DNA of 62,986 nt, filler included, from Pelomyxa schiedti (taxonomy: Eukaryota; Protista; Evosea): assembly GCA_020536535.1 (NCBI GenBank). It is 12 parts of 12 records of this genome, joined end to end, with 100 filler letters (N's around TTAATTAATTAA, not from the genome) between each part and the next. Parts side by side here need not be neighbours in the genome. Positions count along the whole stretch, not along the records: positions 48,380 to 62,986 come from JAHLWZ010000485.1; 11 more parts are not named here. The stretch is one strand, 5' to 3'. A program made the position numbers and the translations under genes. Positions within the stretch are counted from its first letter, which is position 1; each line of letters opens with the position of its first letter. Below, in pieces: positions 49,677-62,006 of this stretch. Below the pieces are notes generated by a model. That model was not told the origin of the DNA and did not search any database. It worked only from the letters and a program-made list of their open reading frames with translations.

Positions 49677-52600
49677 TTATGGTGAATGTATGTACAGGAA
49701 AACCCTCCATCCCTTAAATCTAATTTGCCCACAGCCGGACCAGGAACAACTTACACCCAGGGGTACCCAAAGTTTGAAATCCAGCGATGAGAGCATGCTG
49801 CAGACTATGGCATGGTATCCTGATGGATCATTCCGGAAGGAATCAATAGCATGGACCGGCTCAAACTCCAACTAAACCCAGTGCGGAAGAAAACTCAACA
49901 ATTTTGCTATTAGGTACACAAATCTTTTATTTCCTTAGAGGCAACACAAATGAATACCAGCCACGGGTTAATCCCATAGAAATGGATTTGGAGGGAGACA
50001 TAGTCCTTGTTGCATCAGTACTGTGTACACATATACACCAGCAAATTCATATAGGTCAGGGCAGCTGGACATTACTATCTGTCCTGATACACCATCAATA
50101 GCTTCACCGGCCGGCATCAAACCTCTTGCAACATGGTCCTAGAAGGGGTTTTACAAATTGTAATCATGCATGATGGTGAGAAACATACCAGCATCCACTG
50201 TAATCGAGAATTCACATTGGGGATGTTTGTCTGCTCTAATAGAACAATTTCAGCCCAGGATGTGAACATTGTGACCACCGGCCATGGTGGTGAGGCTTCA
50301 CCAACTTCTTGGCCGCCTAGGAAAGCGTATTAGAAGAATTTAGCTGGAATTAGAGGTAGCTATACCGGGATTCCACATGCTGTTGTAGAAGAAGGGATCT
50401 CCCCAATACCTGTTAAGGAATGTAAGTGTGAAGGGTAATATCAAGTGCAATGGTTTTCCTTGCTATTCCGTAGTCTAGTTTTGTCAAATTTGCAATAATT
50501 CTCTCAATGTGAGCAGAGCCCCTGGTCTTGTTAAGGCAGGCTCCTGTCCAAATAGCAGCTGCTGTTGACCCGTCTTTCGCGTGGTTAATCACAGAAAAAG
50601 ACGGAAATGAACTTACCAACGCGTGTATCTGGGAGGTGTGTTGTTGCATCCAGACTCCTGGCAAAGTAGCCGTAGCCTTTGTCACCCTCCACCCATAGTA
50701 AGGTGTTCAGGGCATTTCCGAGAGATTCGGATCGTGCTTGTAACTGCTGTTGTCGCTGTGAGTCACCAAAAACAGCACTTTCTATCAGTGATGCACTCCA
50801 TATTCCAGCATAGGCAAGAGATTGGGTAAAAGTGAAGTGACTGAGAAAGTTAGGGTTTCTGAGGGTTATTGTGCAAGCAGTACCTGGGAGGGATTGGGTC
50901 TCCGGTTATTCCGTCACTTGATTCCTCCCATATACTATAGTCTGGTGGAACAAGACCGCCATACTCCACATTGTTGAGGAAGAAATCCTCAAGTTGGCGT
51001 ATGCGTGATTGTGCGTACTGCAGAACTGTGGTATCTCCAGTGATCTACTCACCGTTACACAAATATACTCGGAATTTCAAATAACCTTATAATGCAAATA
51101 ATAGGCCAGTAGTGCAGCACCGGAGCTATCATACTGGGGTTCCACGAAACCGACAGGATTCCCTTGGGATGTTAAAAAAATATTGTCCAAAAGTATGGCA
51201 GCTACCGTCAAACCACGAGTAACATGTGTGCAAACCCATTCCTCCATCTCGTAGCTCTACGCCGGCAAGCCACTTGAGAAACAGGGCCGGTTCTTCAGTG
51301 TACCCAGCGTTTTCCAGAATCATTGCAGAAAAAGTAGCATCTCTGGTGGACATTAAAAGATGAAACAAATACGGCTATCACCTTGCCCAGACTTTGAAGG
51401 CATAAGCAGGATGGAACGAGGCAACAAAAGACCCGGATGTAGGGTTCATAGAATTTTTGGTTGCCACTAGAAGAGGAGATAAGTAAATAAATGAATTACG
51501 AGAAGAGAACATAAAGATATTTCATAGAGGGACTCTTGCAGGGGGTCCAATCTGTTAAAAAAAACCCTTTGAATAATCTCTGAAAGAGGAATGGAGGATT
51601 TACGTGGGTTTTTTAGCAATTGCCAACCAATCAGAATAGCTTTTTTCTGTCTGTAATATCCAGGATGCCGCAGTTTGGGATTGTACTCTCTTATTAACTG
51701 AGAGAGCATCGGACATAGTTGGCTGGAATGTGAATTAGTTAGGAAAAGAAAACACATTTATGGAATGAGCTTACCATAAGCACACGGTAAAAGGAAAGCA
51801 CAGTGGTACTTTCTGCAGGAATCGTAACAGTTGTTTGTGTTCCAATGGAAATCTAGCACACTTATAAATAGGGAGAAAAAAAAAAGAGACACTTACGCTT
51901 GTGTAGGAGAATTGCTGTTGATTAGAAAGAGACCCATAGTTGGAGAACTGGTAGAGTGGGGAGGTAGACCCACTCGTACTTCCAACTTGATATGAAGTAA
52001 CAATCTTCGTGCCTCCAAAAACACCTTGACTGAGTCAGGATACAAACCATAATCTGTAAAAGTATCACATGCCATAAACGAGGTACATCTGTTGTCCACA
52101 GGCAGTCATGTCAACAGTAAAGGCGTCATCTGTGCTACTGTACTTCCCAACTTCCTGGCAGTTATGAAAAGAGAATTAAAGACCAACCGAATTTACATAG
52201 GAGGAGCAAGAAAGGGAGGGTGTCTCTAGGTAGTCTAAGAGAGAAACGGTTACGTCTTTGTTCTGGACATTGCTGATGCTGTACTGGACAATATAAAAGT
52301 TTTCCTTACAATCGTTACATAGAGCACTTATCGATTCAGGGGAAGTACCCCTGGAGGAAGGAAATAAGACCGCGATATACAGTAACGGCTGGTGATAGAG
52401 GAATAATTGTAAACTTCCATGAAGGTCCTGAACCGAGAATAAGTAACAGAAACTGAAGAGTTGTGAATCACTTGAATTCGCCGTCGGTGTACAGTTGGAC
52501 ATCTCCGTCCCACAAAAGCGGGTTGTCATATACGTCGTCTAAAGGTAGTGGGTGACTGAAGTAAAAACGGCAATTATGGCACACCTCCAGCAATGAGGGC

Positions 52601-53099
52601 AAACGTATCCTGAGCTACAGCAGAGGAAGTGTAGTCAGCAGATATCCTGAAACTGGTCACTCCAGTTGGTCTCACAGGGTCCGAGTTGGGGTTATCCCTT
52701 GGTCCTGTTTTGCAAAACAAAAGGTAAAAAAACAATATCTATCAACAAAACAAAACAGCTGGCACCAAAACAACAAATCCATAACCAACAACAACAAACA
52801 ATCAAAACCAAACACACACAAAAAAAAAAACACAGGCCCATAAGTCATTTGTTGGTGCAGGGGAGCCCACCCGACCACGTCAATATGGAGTCCGCCCAAT
52901 TCGTGAGCGCGAACGACGGCATCGGCCTCGTGTCCTTGTTGAATTCGCCCTGCCCGGCCCCGCACGTAGCCGCAGATCGCGCCCCCGACGCCGCCGCGCA
53001 GATCGCCACCATCGCCACCGCCGCGAAACATCGCGCCCCGACGACGCCGTAGCCGTAGCCGTCGCCGTCGCGATCATGACACCGTCTCCTTCCTGCCAT
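49677..53099 (-). CDS. Secreted GH15-like (glucoamylase-type six-hairpin) glycoside hydrolase, many introns
   Basis: Hydrophobic N-terminus; RDATFSAMILENAG..FLKW, QYDSSG, DYSIWEE, YGIAR/YWGD, PWPVVT, GEAID; 3' end uncertain. Confidence 0.72.
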
Positions 53100-53387
53100 T
53101 TTCTTTGTCTCCTTAAAGCAAATTCCCAACTCGGTTTGTCTCTTGAACAAATAGAAGGAAGCTTTGAAGCTGGAAAAACCTGGAAAAGAGAAACATAGAA
53201 ACATAGGAAACAACAAAGGGAAAGGAAAGGTTCCGTTTGTGCTTGTGTTGAGATTTAATTCATTTTTTTTTTTTTTTTTTGAATGCCAGGGGAATGTATT
53301 TAGAATACCGCAAAACTGATAGTTCATATGTTTACATGGCCTCCGGTGTATTTACCTGTCTAGTTGTACAGTTGGTAGTGGCCCCGT

Positions 53388-54130
53388 TCAGAGAAGGATG
53401 CAGCATCCTCCTTCTTTCTTGGCGGACTTGGAGAACCGTCTCATCGTTCGGACAACCGTCTGAAAGCTGGCCTCAACGTTTACGCTCAGTTTTGCGGATG
53501 TCTGCTTTTTGCATTAGGAACATATCTCAGAACAAATCATGGCGTACCTCAAGATAAGGGGATTCTCCACAAGTCTTTGCCAATGATTTTCCTTCTTCTT
53601 CAGTAACTACTCTTGTTGCCGGATCCATGTCTATTTTGTTCCCGCAAAACACCACGGGAACTTTTATAGCCTCTTTCAGAATGAGGATCCTCTGGTACAT
53701 CTCCTGCGCAATCTGAAATGTAAGCCGATCCACAACGCTCCACACTACAAGGAACCCTTGCCCTTGTCTAAAATATGCCTCCCTCTAATCAAGTGTAAGT
53801 CAAGTATAATTCCATAATTTTTTTGTCATAATGAAAACAAACATAAAAAAAACAAGAAAAACCAAGAATTTAATAAAGACAAGAAAAAAAAAAACCCACA
53901 ATTGCGGCATAGTCGTCCTGGCCTGCGGTGTCCAGAATCTCGAGCATGCACACCGTGTCGTCGACGCTGATTGGTTTCCGATAAGCGGTTTCGAGTGTGG
54001 GGTCGTAGTCCGTCACGAACACGTTCTGGACGAGGGCCAGTGTGATCGCGCTCTTGCCGACGCCACCAGCTCCCACAAGTACGACTCGGAAGCTGTCCCC
54101 TGTCCCCGCTGTCTTGTTGCTCTTGCCCAT
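53388..54130 (-). CDS. Ras-family small GTPase
   Basis: GAGGVGKS, YDPTLE, DTAGQ, GNKID, SAK, C-terminal GGCCILL CAAX. Confidence 0.95.
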
Positions 54131-54288
54131 GGTTGTTGTTTTCGGGTAGCCTTTTTACGACGAGGTTGTTGAAATGACGGTTGGGGTTGGCTTGTTTTTT
54201 TTGTTTTGTTGAAATAAATGATGTTGTGTTGTTGGGAAGCAGTGGTGAAGTTGGTGTATGTACTGCGGTACCAGGGTTTTTAATTAAG

Positions 54289-54519
54289 TTAAGTTGTGGG
54301 CGGTGCTGCGTTGCTGTGTTTATTTAGTTTTCTTGTTTTGCTTTTCTGCCGTTCCGTGCGTTCCGTTAAGATCAGCGTTATCACTGCAGATTGGCGTACT
54401 TTCTCTTGAAATTGATGGGTTATGAGAAAACCTGATTGGTTGGATCTTACCGTGATTGGGTCCAAAGTCCAAACAACTTTACATCCGATAATCAACGCAT
54501 CGTAAGCAGTACGAACAAT
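54289..54519 (-). pseudogene. Severed 3' end of the Pro/Gln-rich (NYN) gene
   Basis: Near-identical to 62007-62240; homology stops at the transposon boundary. Confidence 0.75.
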
Positions 54520-57500
54520 GAGTAAATAATTCGATTTTCTGGTACAGATTTGACAGTTCCCCTTTAAAAAAAAATTCGAAAATAAATCAGTTTTAATTTT
54601 TTTTCCTCTTCTTTTTGTACTTCGACCCACTTCCTAACTGGAGTCTCTGCCGTTGTTGTGTTTGGTGAGAATGTGCCGGTCTCATCGGGTGCAGGTGATT
54701 TATGAAGACGCCCAAACGATCTTCCTGAACCCTTCCGTCCCCCATGAGAAAAGGACCAAATGTTATTTTACTGTGAAATGATCAGTCCGGCAACAGATCC
54801 AAAAAAAAAATCGCCTGTTCCCGGTTTCGATCTGACGACTCTGTCGCACCGAATCAGACGAAAAAATTTTTTATCCAACAACTACAGCTCGTATTCTTTT
54901 AATGAGAGGGGTTCTGCATCCAGTAACAGGCATTTTGTACTTTCTAAGCCAAGCTCTCATATTCTTAACAGTGAAGGTTTTGGCTGTTGATCCCACAATA
55001 TTGGCATACCTCAGTGCATGAAGAACTGGCTTTTCAAAGTGATGTTGGTCTTCTAATTGTGTTTGTTTCAGCACAGCCAACTCTCTTGCTCTAACAGCAT
55101 CAATTGTGGTGATTGTTTTTTGTTCCCAGGGTTCTGTTGGTAGTTTCTTTACAAGTATACACTGATGTGATACTAGTTCAAACAGAAAGTATTGTCTGAT
55201 TCCAGAAAATTCAGCTACATCACCAGAGGTTGATTCTATCAGTGTGGGTGTCAAATCAAAGGCCCAACAGTTTGGCATATGTGTGATGGTGTTCAAAATC
55301 ACTTTTTTGTTGTCTAAGAGACTTCCAGAAAGTTGTGCTCGTAACTGTCTCTTTACAACACTGAAGTGAGAATCACAAATAGAATGTCCATGATGAGGGG
55401 CAAAAAAACATAAAGTAATGTGTAAATGTGAGGCAGGACAAGCAACAAGTACTTTTTGAAGAGCCTAATTGAGATTTAGATTTATAAAGAAATTAAATTT
55501 GCACCATGTTAAATGTTCCTAAATTTTGTTTACTCTTCAAGCCACCATCTTGCCAAATATATAAATGATTCATTTGTTGTAAAGTGGCACTGAATTCACT
55601 GTCCAACAGAAACTTTTCCCAGGCAGCACGTGTAAATCTTAACCAGTTAAGAATCATCACTAAAGAAGTCATACCTCCAATTATGTGGATACTCTGATAT
55701 GAAATCAGAGTAAATTTGTGAGTAACCATCCCCAGTTTGGTTCTTAGTAATTATTGTGATATTGAATGCATGCACCTAATAATTATCACAAAGAATTACA
55801 AGAATATTGAACCTTGAAACTTTCTGACTCATGAAATCTACTGTAATCAGCAACTAACAGAGCTTCATCTGAAAATTGTAAGCATAATTTCATTTTAATG
55901 ATTTACTTGGTTGTAGATTAAGTTTACACTGTTTGTACGCATCTGTGAGTGCATTCACTTGTATTTTATGGGGTGAAGCAGGTGCTGAAGCATCAAACTA
56001 TGTGTTGTTAATAAAACGCAATCAAACACAATGCAAACTGGTCGGACATAGATATTTATCAAATAAAGAAAGTAAATAATGATTTGCATGGCACTAATTA
56101 TTTGTCAAGTTGAAACAAAAAAAGGAGTGACATACAAGCTTTAAAAACTGTGGGTAAGAGAAACATGGGAGGCTTTCTTCATTCTCATCTCCTTGACAAT
56201 CTACACACCATGCTTTATATGCGGCAGCATAAGTTCCAAACCGGAGGTGCTTAGTTGTTTTCCCTAAGTCAAAAGTAAGAAAGATAAGAGAGTAGAGTAA
56301 AGGGCCAGAGCCGGGCTGGAGCCCAGCTGGAGTTGGGCTGGAGCTGGGGCCGGAGCTGGGGCCGGAGCTTGGCCGGAGCTGGGGCCAGAGCTGGTCCGGA
56401 GCCGGGGCCGGAGCCGGGGCCGGAGCTGGGCCGGAGCCCGGCCAGAGTTGGGCCGGAGCAGGTACATAAAAAGTCCGGAGCAGGTCGGAGCATGTACCGA
56501 AAAAGTCCGGAGCAGGACTGGAGCCCAAAAAATAAATTGCGGAAAAAAAAATTCTAAAGTGGGGGGGGGGGCAGGGAAACCTGATGGGGTCACACTATGT
56601 GAGTCATTTCCTAGCCATTGAATACACTGTTTCTTAGTAGCAGTATTAAGTTTGCCCTGAGTTGTGTCTAGTTTATGTTGTTTTTTGGCAACAGTTTGTT
56701 CTTTTTCCCAAGCTTTGACATCAGGTTGTTGAAGAAGCTAAAGAAAGTAAGTAGAAATTTCATAATTTAGTATTTACTGATTGTAAGCTCACACAACAGG
56801 AATTAATTGATGATCGGCTTAAGTTTGTTAAATGAGCTGCCTAGTATTATTTTACTTGATAAATATAAAATTGTTCATAAGTACCTCAGTAGAAGAAAAG
56901 CATAAAGTGCACAAGGAAGCCAAATGTGCTAAAGTACAATGTGTCAAAAAGTAAGAAACAGCAGCCTCATTATGAAACAATTGAGAAATTGTTGCTTTTG
57001 CTTTTTGTTGTTTCTTAGAGGTACTTTTCACAACTTTACTCTTCTTTCACAAGGTTTTATGTAGAGCCTGTGTTAAGCATCAAGAAATAAGTTAACAAAA
57101 CTCAACATTCCTTCACTAAAGCTGACATAGATTCTGTGCTGTGTCCCCATGGTCTCAAGGCTGTAATGGCATCTTTGATTGCACGATGTGGATTTTTTTG
57201 TTGTAGATAATCTATTACTTTTGATTTCCTGACAGAGATTGGGTGTTGGAAACAAGTCCCTGTTGTTGTTTGCAAATGATGTTTGGCAGTAGCAATTTGC
57301 TTCAAATGAGGTTCACCACATTGTGCAAGTACAGAGTGCTGTTGGGAAGGTGTGTTGGGTGGGCATTGTTCTATTGTTATCTGCTCATTACTGACACATG
57401 TTTGAGTTGTGGCCACACCACACTGGGGGAGAACAGAGTATTGTTGGTAGGGGATGTTAAGGGGACATTGTTCCACTGTCATAGGTGCATCACTGACACA

Positions 57501-58133
57501 TGTTTGAGTTGTGTCCTTACAGTCAAATTGTAAGGGGCAGAAAACTGAAATCTGTCCAAATGATAAAGGTGTATTTACTTCATTAATTAAAGATACATCA
57601 TTCTCTGTTGGTGGTGCATTTATCTGGAGAGTGGGTGATTCTGTTGAGTTATATTCTTCAGTATAATTGCTTTGATTGGCATTGTATTGTTGGGCATTCT
57701 TCTTAACTTCATGTTAACGAATGATTAAAACAATAAAGGTCACCTTAGCACAAAGTTTTTGGTGTTTAGCTTGACGTGCTAATACCAAACTGCTTACTCT
57801 CGTGTGGTACGCAGCTGTTCGATGTTGTGCCTGCATTGACCCACACCAAAATGCGATTTTTTTTTGGATCTGTTGCCGGACTGATCATTTCACAGTAAAA
57901 TTACATTTGGTCCTTTTCTCATGGGGGATGGAAGGGTTCAGGAAGATCGTTTGGGCGTCTTCATAAATCACCTGCACCCGATGAGACCGGCACATTCTCG
58001 CCAAACACAACAACGGCAGAGACTCCAGTTAGGAAGTGGGTCGAAGTCCAAAAAGAAGAGGAAAAAAAAATTAAAACTGATTTATTTTCGAATTTTTTTT
58101 TAAAGGGGAACTGTCAAATCTGTACCAGAAAAT
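54520..58133 (-). mobile_element. Sola-like DDD DNA transposon with ~280-bp TIRs and an intron-containing transposase with C-terminal SAP domain
   Basis: TIRs 54534-54814 and 57853-58133; left end GAG; motifs ITVDF, YIWQDGG, FFAPHHGHSICDSHF; SAP-like FTVKNMRAWLRKYKMPVTGCRTPLIKRI. Confidence 0.82.
56305..56527. repeat. GC-rich CCGGAGC-motif minisatellite inside a predicted transposase intron
   Basis: Numerous CCGGAGC/CTGGAGC units; predicted minus-strand GT..AG at ~56580-56264. Confidence 0.8.
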
Positions 58134-61067
58134 TTGGGACTCACACTGGCAGGTTTTCGGTCCAGGGATCTGTTGGTCAGCCCAGGGAAAAAAAATCCGA
58201 ATTTTTTTTTCTGTGAATTTTGTTGTCAACACCAGGGCAAAGCTCATTTATCATAGAAATCAACAGCAATCACAATGAATAACCAAGGCATTGAGACAGC
58301 GGTAAAGAAGGTGGGTATTGAGGACAAGAGACACAGTGTGCATCTCACTGAAGCTTGTTATAAGCGACTACAACAGCATTGTGAGTCACATCAAATTGAC
58401 TCTGTGCCTGCTTGTATTGAAGACATGGTGGCAAATTTATTATCGACAGAGGAAGAGGCTGACATTGCAATGCAATGTGCTTTTTGTATCCGTAACATGG
58501 CTGTGCACTGCAGTGCTAGGCAAGTACCTCAGAATTTGGCTTTGGCCAAGCTATACTTCATGAACAGCACAGATATGAGTGATATTCCATCTCCTACTTC
58601 TGTTGGGCACATTATCAAAGCTGTGCACAACGTGGAACAAGAAAGCTTGTCTGTGTTGGTGCAGAAATCCATGGGGTGTCAATACCTCAAGGAGGGGTGG
58701 TGAAAATATTGCCCCTGTAGCTGTTGCCTTGATGGTGAACGGTGTGGCAACAATCAAATTGATTGAAGCTGGTGTTGCTCCCAACTTGTCTGCTGAAAGT
58801 GAGGCAGAAGGAATCATAGAGGCACTGGCTTCTATTGGTGTGCATTCATGTGAGGCTCAACAGTGTGTATTTTCTTTTATTGGGGACAATTGTCCAGGTG
58901 ATCTTTCTTGCTGCTCATACCACACTCACTTCACTAGGAATGCAAGGTGGAAAAGGAGGTACAAGTGAAACATTTAAGAAAAAAATGGAATGTGACTTAA
59001 TAGTGAGAGTGGGGTGTTGGGACCATTTGTTGAATTTGATGTTGTTGCAGGAGAAGTGGTTGTTGGTGCTTTGACATCCAAAACTCATATCAACTTGCTG
59101 ACTTGCTTGTACTCTTTATGGTGGTTGTCACATGGCCAAGATGGAGCCATGAGTGCACAAGAATGGACAGACACAATGGAAGGCTACTGCAAAGAGAAAG
59201 GTATCAGTGTGCCAAAAAAGATTCAGTTTCAACAGCCTGTATTAACACGGTAAAGATTGAAAAAAACTTACAGTTGGGACACTGTGATCACTGCCAATAA
59301 GGTGCTGGACAACCACAAAGATTTCCTTTGTGGGTTTTTGAAGTATTTAGAGGAGACAGTGAAGACATCCAGGAAGTCATTGTACACTACCTGTGGTGTC
59401 TTAGCTGCGTGGTTACAAACTGACATAATCAACTTAACTTCTTGCATTTTGAAGGATTTTGATGTCTACCTTCTGAAGCACATCAAATGGTCTGCCACAG
59501 CAGATGAAAAAGAGGGTATTCCAGCTGGCTTCAAAGCACACTTGATGCCTCAGGAGGTTGAAGACCTGTTGTGTGATGTTCATTGGGCAGCAGTAAACCC
59601 AGGGATAGCCTTCAGAAAAGCAATGGCCTGGCTAAAAACGAAAGATGCAGTACAACAACAAGATGGACTAAAAGCTTGTGTGAGCTTCTGTGAGGAATTT
59701 CAAAACGCAGTAGAGGCAGATGCAAGATGTTGGCAAGCTTGGCCACAGGTACTTGTAGCATTAGGTAGTCCAGCTTGGCTTCAACTTGCACGAATCCTGA
59801 GTGGGAAGCTTTGAAGTGAACAGGACAGCACATCTATTTTCAAAGCAGTGTGTTCAGTTGAGCCTTCTGAGATTGAAAAGTTCTTGGCACACTGGCCAGG
59901 CTTAATTGAGAGCATTTTTACCTCTGTGGCAGATCAGGAGATTGAAACTGGCTCTGTGTTAGACAGATTTCAAAGAGAGGTTTGCAGGACTCAACCACAC
60001 TCTACTAAACCTGTGGAAGCTCTGTTTAATTTGGAGGATTTTATACAAGAAAAAGCTCCTCAGATGTCTCAGCTCACTAACAATGTAAAGATGGACCAAA
60101 AAGTGAACTCTATCGATCCAGTTATGAACCAAGCAGCTGTGGAGGGTGTCAAAGAGCAAGCCAAGGCCTTAGATCCTCTGAAGTTCAAAAAGTATTTACA
60201 GCAAGTGAGAAGGGAAAAACCAATCAAGTACATGGGGTACATCAGAGAGACACAAAAAGCAAAGATGAATGCAAGAGGGAGAACAGAAAAAGAAATCAGT
60301 CCTTACAATACAGCAAGCAGGGAGAAGATGGGGGTTTTTGCCAACCCAGACCCCAAAGCACCCTTTAAGAAGAAGAGAGGACGACCTTCAAAGAAAAACC
60401 AGAGAAAGCCTGTAGAAGGTGTCAGTGGCCTTACTGACATTGTGGTTATCCCATCAGGCCCACCACCCCCACCCCCACCCCCACCTCCACAACCCCAACC
60501 CCAACCACCAACACAAACCCAGACCCAAACACAGACCTTGGTTGAAACAGAGGCTCCACCAGAGACACAAGCACATGCCCTTTTCGTGCAGCTGGAGGCT
60601 CCACCAGCACAGGTAGCAGTACAACAAGTTACTGATATCACTCAGCTTTATGATGCCATGAAGCTCTTCCAAGACCAACGTTCTCAAGAAACACAGCAGC
60701 AAGTACCTCATTATAATACCAGGTCACAGGCCAAGAAGGCCAACAAGACATCAGTGAGGGCCAGATCCAAAAAGCCTCGAAAATCCACAACACACACCTA
60801 ATGTTCCCACACACACCCCGTGGGTTTTTTTCTCATAAAAAAAAAATTCTTTTTTCCGGACCGGATTTTTTTTTTCCTGGACCAGTGACTTTTGGGCAAA
60901 AAAAAATCCTTTCTCCCTTCCAGACACGAGGACTGCTGCAGGACCAGGCACAGTTTCTGGTCCACCCTTTGGGCCAGCTAAATCCAAAAGAGCAGAATTT
61001 TCCCGCCACCTACGACTGAGAACAAGACTCGGATTCATCAAAACGAATTTTTTAGTGTGAGTCCCAA
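58134..61067 (+). mobile_element. Degenerate hAT-like transposase region (58275-60801) flanked by 14-bp inverted repeats
   Basis: FIGDN, CWDHLLNL, intron-split LTR/WDT, PHSTKPVEALFN; TTGGGACTCACACT at 58134 and its reverse complement at 61054-61067. Confidence 0.75.
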
Positions 61068-61668
61068 CTTTGGCCGAACCGGACCACAATCCAACAAGTT
61101 TTCGGCGACGAATGTTTTTCAGAACGAAGGTTTCAACATACGGTAATCGGAAGAAGACTACGAACTCACGCCATACATCCACCAACTTGCCAAAGACATT
61201 TTGAAGACTACGAACTCACGCCATACCTGCACAAGGACATGACATGCACTCACCTCTGTTTAAATTAAAACAACCACCTGGCACACTGCTTGTGTGGTGG
61301 TTAATGAACGAAGTCAGTCAACAGATATTGTCACGGAGTCACCAATGTCAGCCATGGCAACGGCAGGGAACAGTGGTGCATCAACAATTTGGCTGAATGC
61401 AACACCCACGTCAGTACCCTGTGGTTTTTTTCCCCAGCATTAGTGGTGTGGAGAGGGCAACAGAGAGGTGAACATAACACACATTGATTACGAACGCAGC
61501 AGTGTGTGCGTTACTGTCAAAAATGAGGATAACGTCCTGTCCAGCTGACTTGCATGTTACACCGTTTGNNNNNNNNNNNNNNNNNNNNNNNNNNNNNNNN
61601 NNNNNNNNNNNNNNNNNNNNNNNNNNNNNNNNNNNNNNNNNNNNNNNNNNNNNNNNNNNNNNNNNNNN

Positions 61669-61852
61669 TGCACACCGTGTCGTCGACGCTGATTGGTTTC
61701 CGATAAGCGGTTTCGAGTGTGGGGTCGTAGTCCGTCACGAACACGTTCTGGACGAGGGCCAGTGTGATCGCGCTCTTGCCGACGCCACCCGCTCCCACAA
61801 GTACGACTCGGAAGCTGTCCCCTGTCCCCGCTGTCTTGTTGCTCTTGCCCAT
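61669..61852 (-). CDS. Second copy of Ras exon 1, truncated by gap
   Basis: Near-identical to 53947-54130. Confidence 0.85.
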
Positions 61853-62006
61853 GGTTGTTGTTGTTTTCGGGTAGCCTTTAACGACGGGGTTGTTGCTATG
61901 ACGGTTGGGGTTTTTTTTTTGTATTGTTGAAATAAATGATGTTGTGTTGTTGGGAAGCAGTGGTGAAGTTGGTGTATGTACTGCGGTACCAGGGTTTTTA
62001 ATTAAG

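Noticed and set aside
58701-58765. TGA read-through or alternative genetic code in the hAT ORF
   Set aside because: Better explained by a frameshift; intact genes such as Ras, RING and Rho use TGA as stop
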